64,000 bases of DNA from Candidatus Limiplasma sp. (GTDB taxonomy: Bacteria; Bacillota; Clostridia; Christensenellales; Aristaeellaceae), in assembly GCA_035353235.1 (NCBI GenBank), contig DAOPZG010000001.1, positions 1,319 through 65,318 of the forward strand. Reading direction: 5' to 3'. This document shows positions 49,208 to 56,697 of the stretch, one piece after another. Positions within the stretch are counted from its first letter, which is position 1. Each line of letters starts with the position of its first letter. Under the pieces are notes generated by a model. The model was not told the DNA's origin. It saw nothing but the letters and a program-made list of their open reading frames with translations, and made no database searches. The translations under genes were made by a program, and so were the position numbers.

Positions 49208-50365
49208 TTACAGATTGTAGGCCGCCGTGCGCCGACGCTGGGGAACGTTTTCAGGCCGCGCGCCTGCCACATAAGCCGCATCCTGCTGCTCCTGCGGGTA
49301 TTCGGTTTCCGAAGGCTGCCGATAGGCGTTTGCCTGTGCGCCCAAACCGAAGGCCGCACTCTGCCGTGGCGCCGTATAGCCCGCCTGCCGGGGCGTATAC
49401 CCGGCGTTGGCGGCAGGCTGCCCCGCGTACCCGGCGTTTTGCTGCGCGGCATAACCCATGCCATGCTGCGCCTGATAGCCGCCCGCCTGCCGGGCATCCG
49501 CGCCATAACCGGGAATCGGCTGAGGCGCAAAACCCATAGGCTGTTGCCCCGGGAAGCCAGCGGTTGGCTGCGCCGCAAACGCGAAAGTCTGCGGGTTGTT
49601 AAACGGCTGTTGCTGATAGCCCGCGTACTCCGGCCGCACATAGTTCTGCGCTTCCACAGAAGCAGCGTATTTCTGCATGGCGGGGTCCAGCACCACGTAA
49701 ACAGACGGCGAGGAAATCAGATACACGCCCCGCTGCGAAATCTTGTTCAGGCGGCAGCCCAGCGTATACGCCGCGCCGCTTAACATGTCCACGCAACGCT
49801 GGCGTTCACTGTCGTTGGCGATAAATTCCATGTTTAAAAAGACCGAAGCGTTCGCTTTGATATACTCGATGATCCGGGTACATTCGTTGCGGCTGCGCAG
49901 CAGTACGATATACTCCACATGCGCATACAGGTTGCCTTCCGGCCCGCGGATCATCCCCGGGAACGGCAGAATATTGCTGGGCTGCTGATAGGCAGTCTGC
50001 GCGGATGCCTGCGGATAGGCCTGCGTCTGCTGTTGCTGCTGGTAAGCGGCCTGCTGCTGGCGGGCCTGTTCCTCCGCTTCGCGGCGGCGCTGTAAATCCG
50101 CCTCGGCCTGCAGGTCCTTTTGCGAACGGTACGGTACGCGCCCGCCGTACGGGTCGTTACCTTCCGCGTTCATCGTTTCCGCCGCGGCGGTACGCGCTGT
50201 ATCGCCCAAGCCTTCGGTGTCCTGTGTGGCCGCGCCCATGCCGCCGTAAGCCTGCTCCGCCTCCTGCGAGGCATAGTAGGCTCCCCCGGCATTATGGCCG
50301 GCCTCTCCGCCGCGGAAGAATCGTCCGCCACGGTCGGACAGCCAATCATTGACCTTCTGGAACAT
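49208..50365 (-). CDS. sepF: cell division protein SepF with long low-complexity N- and C-terminal extensions
   Basis: The core ..VEYIVLLRSRNECTRIIEYIKANASVFLNMEFIANDSERQRCVDMLSGAAYTLGCRLNKISQRGVYLISSPSV.. matches the SepF FtsZ-binding domain. It also has an N-terminal amphipathic MFQKVNDWLS and the conserved position between yggS and yggT. Confidence 0.75.
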   Translation of the reverse strand: MFQKVNDWLSDRGGRFFRGGEAGHNAGGAYYASQEAEQAYGGMGAATQDTEGLGDTARTAAAETMNAEGNDPYGGRVPYRSQKDLQAEADLQRRREAEEQARQQQAAYQQQQQTQAYPQASAQTAYQQPSNILPFPGMIRGPEGNLYAHVEYIVLLRSRNECTRIIEYIKANASVFLNMEFIANDSERQRCVDMLSGAAYTLGCRLNKISQRGVYLISSPSVYVVLDPAMQKYAASVEAQNYVRPEYAGYQQQPFNNPQTFAFAAQPTAGFPGQQPMGFAPQPIPGYGADARQAGGYQAQHGMGYAAQQNAGYAGQPAANAGYTPRQAGYTAPRQSAAFGLGAQANAYRQPSETEYPQEQQDAAYVAGARPENVPQRRRTAAYNL

Positions 50366-50470
50366 ACCCAAGCGTCGTACCCCCTGCCTTGGTATCGGAA
50401 TCAACCGGATATCGGTCGGGTTTCAGGCACGTCGCCTTGCGGGCGCCGCCCTTTCCCGGGAAAAAACAGG

Positions 50471-51199
50471 TTATTCCCTGCGGTATAACGCGGTGCCGAC
50501 ACGCACCATGGTAGCGCCTTCCCGCGCGGCAATCGCAAAATCGTGGCTCATCCCCATGGAGAGTTCCTCCATCGCTATGCCCGCGATCGCCTCATCCCGA
50601 AGCTGTTCAAACAGCGTGCGCATTCCCCGGAAATACTGCGTCAGCTGGCGTTCGTCGTCCATCAGCGGCATGATCGCCATCAGCCCGCGAATCCGGAGAT
50701 GAGGATAGTCCTTCATCTGCCGCAGAAAGGGGCGAACCTCCTCCACGGCAAGACCGGCTTTCTGGCTTTCCCCGGCGATGTTCACCTGCACCAGCGCGGG
50801 TAAGGTCAGCCCGCGTCCTTCAGCGCGGCGCTCCGCTTCCTCCGCCAGGGCAAGCCTGTCCAGAGAGTGGAGCATCCATACTTTGTCTATTATATCTTTA
50901 ACTTTGTTGGTTTGCAACCTTCCAATCCAATGCAAACGAAATTGTGGGTCAATTTTCGGCAGTTTCGGCAGGGCAACCTGCGCCCGGTTCTCCCCGATGT
51001 CTTCGATACCCAAAGCCGCAAGCTGGTTGATAATCGAGGGTTCCACCGTTTTGGTCACCGCGATCAGGCGTGCGGGAGGCGCGTCACGGTAGGTATTATC
51101 TTCCAAAATTTTCAAAACTTCCGCAACATTTCGGCGCAGTGTTTCCGCCGGAATATCCGCAAGCAGCGCCGGTTGAACCGGTTTCTGCTTCTCCTCCAA
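50471..51199 (-). CDS. YggS/YlmE-family pyridoxal-phosphate homeostasis protein
   Basis: ..LIAVTKTVE...IGENRAQ...HWIGRLQTNKVK...LSMGMSHDF...GATMVRVGTALY are canonical YggS motifs. I prefer the TTG at 51199, with AGGAGG 8 nt upstream. The GTG at 51208 is an alternative. Confidence 0.88.
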   Translation of the reverse strand: MEEKQKPVQPALLADIPAETLRRNVAEVLKILEDNTYRDAPPARLIAVTKTVEPSIINQLAALGIEDIGENRAQVALPKLPKIDPQFRLHWIGRLQTNKVKDIIDKVWMLHSLDRLALAEEAERRAEGRGLTLPALVQVNIAGESQKAGLAVEEVRPFLRQMKDYPHLRIRGLMAIMPLMDDERQLTQYFRGMRTLFEQLRDEAIAGIAMEELSMGMSHDFAIAAREGATMVRVGTALYRRE

Positions 51200-51211
51200 G
51201 GGTAACACCTC

Positions 51212-52897
51212 CTAATGAAACAGACGTACCGTCTGCCCCTTGCCCAATACCCCCGTCTGGATGGCGGAGATAAACACCTTATCCCCCTGTGTGGCAACGA
51301 CGCTGACCGGGATAAACACCATGCTCCCATCCTGTTCCACACGCACCACGCCCTGTTGCTCATTTTGCGTGTAAATAGCGGAAGCGGGCACCACCAGGCC
51401 GTCGGCATATTCGCCCAGTTCCGCCTGACAGGTGCGCATGTACAGCACCGGCGTTACGTCCCCCAGCACCGCCAGCCGTACCAGCAGCTCGCCGCTGGCA
51501 CGGGTATAGCTCAGCACTTTCGCGTCCACGGTGGTATTGTTAAACTGTTCCAGCATCAGTTTATAAGTAGTACCTTCCACGGGCGTCCACGTACTGTTGC
51601 GGATCAGCATCAGCACGGCGTAGTTATCGTTCTTCACCAGCCGGTACAGGTCGGTTTTGCCACGTTCGGACAGGTTCACATCCGGTTTTTTTCCATCGAA
51701 CATGGCCCGCACTTCGGAAGGCGAGTATGTCTCAAACTTATCCGGGGTCAGCGCAGTTTCGTACCCGTCGGTGTAGAAGCTGATGATGCTTTGTTGTGTC
51801 GCGGCGCGCTGCTTGATCCAGCTGTCGATGCGCTGCTGCTGGGTGGATTCGTTATCATACAGGCGGTTGAGGCGCATATCGCTGGAATATTTACTGCGAA
51901 AATACTTCTGCCGCTCGTCAATGGCATTTTTCAGGATCGTCTCCTCGTTGATCAGGTTGCCGCGCGCGCCCTGCACCAGCGAACGTACTTCCAGCCCGCG
52001 CTGTACCACCGCGGTTTCCAACCGGGACATCTTCTGGTCGTAGGCGGTTTCGCCGGCCAGCAGGGTCTGCTGATAATCTTTGATCTGGTCGCGATCATCC
52101 TGCAGGGTATCCATTTCCTTACTGCTGTAGCCGGTGGAATACACATAGCACACCACGTCGCCACGGTAAACGGTGCTGCCTTCCTGCGCCACGTAATCGA
52201 TATTCTGCACGCCTTCGTCGTTATAGACCGTTTCGTTTCGCACGATCATCGCGTCTCCGGTATAAATGGTCCCCAGCGTTCCTTCCGTAATCACGGCGGT
52301 GGTGGGCAGACTGCCCTTCATATTATTGAGAACAAAAAGCACGGCAACCGCTATGATCAATAAGATTCCCACAGCCTGCACAATCCGGGTGCCCCGGCTG
52401 CGCTGGCGGCGTTTTTCCTTGCGCTTCTCCTTGCGTTCCTTTTTAGCGCGCGCCGCCGCGCGGGCTTTCTGCGTAGCCTGCAGTTCGATCAGCTGTTTGG
52501 GGCTGATACCCATCTGCGCCGCCTGCCACTGGATGCGCTGTTCCTCGGTCATTCCAGGCGCGCCCTGCTGCGGCGTTATGGGCACGGTCGCCTGAGAAGC
52601 CTGCCATTGGGCAAACTGTTCCGGCGTCATCGTGGGGGTCGCCTGCCAGGGGGCAAAGGGGTCCGCGCCCTGCTGGGGAGGCTGCCAAACTCCGGTCTGA
52701 TCCGGAGGAAGCGTATTCTGCCATGGTCCGGTAGGAGCCGCGCCCTGCTGCATGGCTTGCCATTGGGCAGCCTGCTCCGGGGTCATCCCCTGCATGGCCT
52801 GCCATTGCGCGGCCTGTTCCGGGGTCATTCCCTGTGCCGCCTGCCACTGGGCAATCTGTTCAGGCGTCCATTGCCCGTTCATCCCGTTACCCTGCAT
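51212..52897 (-). CDS. HlyD/membrane-fusion-like single-pass membrane protein with a cytoplasmic W/Q-rich repeat domain
   Basis: The ATG at 52897 follows AGGAGG. The product has N-terminal repeats, a Lys/Arg-rich stretch and one TM (IVQAVGILLIIAVAVLFVL). The external part combines beta-rich and coiled-coil sequence (..GTIYTGDAMIVRNETV...YRGDVVCYVY...), as in HlyD-family adaptors. Confidence 0.55.
   Translation of the reverse strand: MQGNGMNGQWTPEQIAQWQAAQGMTPEQAAQWQAMQGMTPEQAAQWQAMQQGAAPTGPWQNTLPPDQTGVWQPPQQGADPFAPWQATPTMTPEQFAQWQASQATVPITPQQGAPGMTEEQRIQWQAAQMGISPKQLIELQATQKARAAARAKKERKEKRKEKRRQRSRGTRIVQAVGILLIIAVAVLFVLNNMKGSLPTTAVITEGTLGTIYTGDAMIVRNETVYNDEGVQNIDYVAQEGSTVYRGDVVCYVYSTGYSSKEMDTLQDDRDQIKDYQQTLLAGETAYDQKMSRLETAVVQRGLEVRSLVQGARGNLINEETILKNAIDERQKYFRSKYSSDMRLNRLYDNESTQQQRIDSWIKQRAATQQSIISFYTDGYETALTPDKFETYSPSEVRAMFDGKKPDVNLSERGKTDLYRLVKNDNYAVLMLIRNSTWTPVEGTTYKLMLEQFNNTTVDAKVLSYTRASGELLVRLAVLGDVTPVLYMRTCQAELGEYADGLVVPASAIYTQNEQQGVVRVEQDGSMVFIPVSVVATQGDKVFISAIQTGVLGKGQTVRLFH
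52514..52867 (-). repeat. in-frame coding repeats: five copies of a (M)TPEQxAQWQAxQ motif
   Basis: Three tandem 14-aa units (TPEQIAQWQAAQGM / TPEQAAQWQAMQGM / TPEQAAQWQAMQQG) lie at plus 52742-52867. Two diverged copies follow (MTPEQFAQWQASQ, MTEEQRIQWQAAQ). Confidence 0.85.
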
Positions 52898-52931
52898 TGC
52901 GCTCCTCCTTTCCCTGAAATGGAATATCGAC

Positions 52932-52957
52932 CGGGAAGGGAAATCGTTCCCTTCCCG
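52932..52957 (-). other. perfect 10-bp GC hairpin between the sigma gene and the HlyD-like gene
   Basis: CGGGAAGGGA-aatcgt-TCCCTTCCCG has no U-tract. It may be a terminator, attenuator or processing site. Confidence 0.4.
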
Positions 52958-53061
52958 ATCTGTCGTTATCTTCACTCATGCCCTATCGGTTCTTCGGCTG
53001 CTTTCCGGCACAGGCATCCTGAGAGGTTCCGGCCTGTTCTGATAGCCGTGGACTTATGCCT

Positions 53062-53799
53062 TTACGCGCCGCTCTCCTCGATGGCGCGCAGCCGGGCCAG
53101 CACCCGCCGTTCCATACGGGATACCTGCATCTGCGACACTCCGAGCCGCTTGGCCGTTTCGCGTTGGCCCAGCCGGTCACGGTAGCGCAGGACTAAAAGT
53201 TGGCGTTCCTTATCGTCCACCTTGCTTAATATCCAGCTCATCCATTGGGTCTGTTCTACGCGCTCGTATCCGCCGTCGTCCACACCCAGCATGGCGGACA
53301 GGTCCGCGTCGCCTTCTTCGCCCACAGGGGCATCCAGCGAAGCGATATCCGTCTGGTTGCGCATATCCAGCAAGCCAAGCAGTTCATCAGGCGTAATCTG
53401 CATGGCGTCCGCCAGTTCATGGGCGCTGGGTTCACGGAACTTCTCCCGTTCAAACTGCTCCCGGATCTGCTGCATTTTGAACAGCTTCTGGCGCGCATCC
53501 CGCGGCACGCGCATTCCGCTGGCCTTATCCCGTAAATAGTTGCGTACGTCGCCCGCGATGGTGGGGATAGCGTAGGTTACGAACCGGAATCCGCGCGAAG
53601 GGTCAAAGCGCTCCACAGCTTTCATCAGGGCAATGCTGGCCACCTGCTGTAAATCCTCGCGTTCTACCCCACGCCCCTCAAAGCGCCGCGCAACAGCGCG
53701 TGCCAGAGGCAGATAGTTTTCCACCAGTTCATCCCGCAACGCCGGCGACCGCGTAGCCGCGTACCGTTCCATGATCGGAACCAATCGTTCGTCGTTCAT
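53062..53799 (-). CDS. SigB/SigF/SigG-family (group 3) RNA polymerase sigma factor
   Basis: ..DLQQVASIALMKAVERFDPSRGFRFVTYAIPTIAGDVRNYLRDK...RVPR.. covers regions 2-3 and ..RETAKRLGVSQMQVSRMERRVLARLR covers region 4.2, in a 245-aa protein. Confidence 0.85.
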   Translation of the reverse strand: MNDERLVPIMERYAATRSPALRDELVENYLPLARAVARRFEGRGVEREDLQQVASIALMKAVERFDPSRGFRFVTYAIPTIAGDVRNYLRDKASGMRVPRDARQKLFKMQQIREQFEREKFREPSAHELADAMQITPDELLGLLDMRNQTDIASLDAPVGEEGDADLSAMLGVDDGGYERVEQTQWMSWILSKVDDKERQLLVLRYRDRLGQRETAKRLGVSQMQVSRMERRVLARLRAIEESGA

Positions 53800-53814
53800 C
53801 GCGCATCCAACCCC

Positions 53815-54198
53815 TTACACCGGGAGTGAGAAACCGATCGAGCCCACTCCGCATGCGTCGCTTTGCAGCGATACATCCGGCATCAGCGTTTCCAGCACCC
53901 CGCGGGTGATCTCCAGATCGCCGGGGGGCAGATCGGACGGTCCTCCGCTGCGAATGGCGCTCAGGCAGCAATACAGCCTCCCGTCGCAAATCCGCGCGTG
54001 CAGTTCCAACCGCTCCGCCTTCATGGGCTGGTGCAGCAGGCAGTCGCAGCATTCATTCGTTGCCGTGCGCAGGTCGTCGATCAGGCCCACATCCATTCCG
54101 GCAAGCATTCCCAGACCGCTGAGCGCCATACGGGCAATCAGCACATAGTCCTTGTCCGCAGGCAGGCTGAGCATGATTTCGCTTTGCTTATCCGCCAT
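53815..54198 (-). CDS. SpoIIAB/RsbW-like anti-sigma factor homologue lacking recognisable ATP-binding motifs
   Basis: At about 127 aa, its size, position directly upstream of the sigma gene and sequence all parallel SpoIIAB. The segments are ..LSLPADKDYVLIARMALSGLGMLAGMDVGLIDDLRTATNECCDCLLH.. and a C-terminal ..ITRGVLETLMPDVSL..GSIGFSL. The ATG at 54198 is used; the GTG at 54219 is an alternative. Confidence 0.5.
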   Translation of the reverse strand: MADKQSEIMLSLPADKDYVLIARMALSGLGMLAGMDVGLIDDLRTATNECCDCLLHQPMKAERLELHARICDGRLYCCLSAIRSGGPSDLPPGDLEITRGVLETLMPDVSLQSDACGVGSIGFSLPV

Positions 54199-54241
54199 TT
54201 TCCCCAAGCCCCTTTCCACGCTAACAAAGGTTTAAACCGGC

Positions 54242-55006
54242 TTATCCTACCATATCCACCAGCATCTTGGCAAGTAGCAGCGCCAGAACCGCCAGCATCA
54301 TCCCGCGCACCAGTCCCGCGCCGTGTTTCAGCGTCATCCGGCTGCCCAGCGCCGCGCCCAGCATGGCGCAAAGCCCCACGGGAATCCCCAGCAAAACCAG
54401 CACATGCCCCGTACACAGCAGGCTGATCAGCGCCGCCAGATTGCTGGCGAGGTTTACCACTTTGGCCGTGCCGCTGGCCAATACCTCATTCATCGAAAAA
54501 ATCTGCACAAAAAGCAGAATCAGAAACGTGCCGGTGCCCGGGCCTACCAGACCGTCGTAAAACCCGATTCCGAAACCAACTGTCAGCGCGATCCAGCCCG
54601 TTGCTTTCGCCGTAAGCTGCCGCATCGGCGTTTCGGCAGGTTTGCGCCTGCGCAGGGTAAACAGCGCGGCTACGGGGATACAGCACAAGACCAGAATCCG
54701 TACGAAATTCTCGGGCAGACCAACCATCAGCAGCGCACCCAACGCGCTGGCCGCCAGCGCGCCGACCACCCCGGGAATCCCCACGCGCCAGTCTACTTTG
54801 CCGGCCCGCGCATAGGTCGCAGTGGCAAGCGCCGTACCCATCATGGCGGATAGTTTGTTGGTGCCCGCCGCCAGCGCGGGGGGCAGCCCTGCCAGATAGT
54901 ACGCCGGCAGAGAGATCATTCCGCCGCCGCCCGCGATGGAATCCACAAAACCCGCCAGAAGCGCCAGCGGGCAGACAATCAGGAACTGCGTGGCCGTAAG
55001 CGTCAT
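54242..55006 (-). CDS. TauE/SafE-family anion exporter permease
   Basis: The 254-aa product has 7-8 TM segments with ..GFVDSIAGGGGMISLPAY.. and a second ..GFYDGLVGPGTGTFL.. repeat typical of TauE/SafE. The ATGA overlaps the upstream gene. Confidence 0.8.
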   Translation of the reverse strand: MTLTATQFLIVCPLALLAGFVDSIAGGGGMISLPAYYLAGLPPALAAGTNKLSAMMGTALATATYARAGKVDWRVGIPGVVGALAASALGALLMVGLPENFVRILVLCCIPVAALFTLRRRKPAETPMRQLTAKATGWIALTVGFGIGFYDGLVGPGTGTFLILLFVQIFSMNEVLASGTAKVVNLASNLAALISLLCTGHVLVLLGIPVGLCAMLGAALGSRMTLKHGAGLVRGMMLAVLALLLAKMLVDMVG

Positions 55007-56628
55007 GCCGGTTGTTCCTCCCCTGCCGTCAGGGTTTCCGGGGCCGGATCACGCGCCAGCGCGAATAAAGTCAGTGTGGACAGCAAAGGGCTGAAGGCGA
55101 AAAACCGCGCGTCCGGCCCGCACAGCACACATAGGGTGCCAAGGTTGTAAAGCAGCGTCGGCACGCAAAGCAGCAGGGCACGCACCCCGTTGCGCCGGAG
55201 CGCGCGCAGCGAAAACACCAGCAGCAGCGCGAACGACACCCCGATATTGCCGTAGTACCATGCGGGCAGGTTCAATTGCAGCGGCGCGGTGATCAGGGTT
55301 TTGACCGCCGATCCGACACGGTTGATCCGGCCGTTCTGGCGGGGCACGTCCGGCAGGTCGCCGGAATTTTTAATCTGCACGTTGGCCGCGCCCTCGTCGG
55401 CCAGCCCCCACACCAGATCGGTCAGGCCGTTTACCGAGGCGAAAGCGTTCGCGGGATCGGCCTTCGCCGCATCCGCCGCCATCCGCAGCACCTGCGCAAG
55501 CGTGGCGTGAGCAATCAACCCGCGCGTCGCGCCGAATTTGATCGAATTGTAGTTATGCAGAAGGTAAGTGTTCCACCCGTTCTCATCGGCCATCGCGTCG
55601 GTAAACGCGCGGGTTTCGGGAGAAAGCGCATCCGGGTTCTGGCTGCGTATGTCGCATACCACCGTCATGGGAACGCCGATGGATTCCTCCAGCGTGTTCT
55701 GCGGGTAGGTTACTTTCAGGGACGAATACAGCGGCCCCCATACCAGCGCCAGCGAAACGACCATCACGGCGACGGCGGTCAGCGCGCCCTTCCGCTGTGC
55801 AGCGCAGGTCAGCGCCGCCGTAACCAGCAGCGGCAGGGTAAACAGAATCGCGTTATGCCGCACCAGCGTGGTAAACGCCAGCGCCAGCCCGAACGCGACA
55901 GCGTTGCGGGGTCTGCGCAACCACGCGCCGCGCGTATAATACAGGTTGACCGCGTGCGTGCCCAGCACCAGCACCCCGACGGTCATGGCATTGTCTTTCC
56001 ACAGGAACATCAGCGTGTTCCCCACAATGGGCGAAAGCACCGTAAGCGCGATGACGGGTAAAAGCCATACAGCTTTGACTCCCCACGCGGACAGCGTGGC
56101 CGCCAGATATCCCAGCGCAACACTGAACGCCAGACACTGCAGCGCCAGCGCCAGCGTATAGCTGGGGGCGATCAGCGTGCACAGATGCAGCAACAGGGTG
56201 TGAAACACGGGGTGCCAGTTGGAGTAGACCCCCGTAAGCGCCTGCGTCCACTGTACGGCGGAATCCACCGTGACCCCGCCGGGATTGGCGGCTGCCAGAA
56301 ACACGCACAGGATGGCGAAGCTCCCCCCGGACACCGCCGCAAACAGCCGGGGTTGCAGCCGCCCGCGCGCTTCGGGGGCCGTCAGCCGCCAGCTTGCGCG
56401 TTCCGCAAACCAGACAAGCGCCATATACAGCCCCGCCGCGATCATTACAAACCAGAGCAGCGCCGCCATTGTCTCCCACGCAGACCGGAAAAGACCGCTG
56501 CGGCTCAGGTAAGATGCATACGCCAGATACAACGCAAGGCAAACCGCGCAGAACCGGTACCAGAACCGGTGTGGTCTGCTTTGCCACTGCGGTGCGGGAG
56601 CAGGGATTCGGCTTTCGGCTGGTTTCAT
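55003..56628 (-). CDS. large polytopic membrane protein, function unknown (GT-C-like architecture)
   Basis: The first ~330 aa have about 10 hydrophobic segments, followed by a ~150-aa external segment and two more TM segments. The ATG at 56628 has AAGGAG 9 nt upstream. Confidence 0.65.
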   Translation of the reverse strand: MKPAESRIPAPAPQWQSRPHRFWYRFCAVCLALYLAYASYLSRSGLFRSAWETMAALLWFVMIAAGLYMALVWFAERASWRLTAPEARGRLQPRLFAAVSGGSFAILCVFLAAANPGGVTVDSAVQWTQALTGVYSNWHPVFHTLLLHLCTLIAPSYTLALALQCLAFSVALGYLAATLSAWGVKAVWLLPVIALTVLSPIVGNTLMFLWKDNAMTVGVLVLGTHAVNLYYTRGAWLRRPRNAVAFGLALAFTTLVRHNAILFTLPLLVTAALTCAAQRKGALTAVAVMVVSLALVWGPLYSSLKVTYPQNTLEESIGVPMTVVCDIRSQNPDALSPETRAFTDAMADENGWNTYLLHNYNSIKFGATRGLIAHATLAQVLRMAADAAKADPANAFASVNGLTDLVWGLADEGAANVQIKNSGDLPDVPRQNGRINRVGSAVKTLITAPLQLNLPAWYYGNIGVSFALLLVFSLRALRRNGVRALLLCVPTLLYNLGTLCVLCGPDARFFAFSPLLSTLTLFALARDPAPETLTAGEEQPA

Positions 56629-56697
56629 CTTATGGCACTCCTTCGGCACAAAAGCAAGCGGGCGGCGCCTGCACACAGACGCGCCCGCAACCTGCGG

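Noticed and set aside
53815-54219. The possibility that the small gene upstream of the sigma factor is a spurious ORF.
   Set aside because: It is kept as real. It has the size and position of an anti-sigma factor, lies 15 nt from the sigma start, shows no competing ORF with better support, and parallels SpoIIAB/RsbW along its whole length despite the missing ATP motifs.
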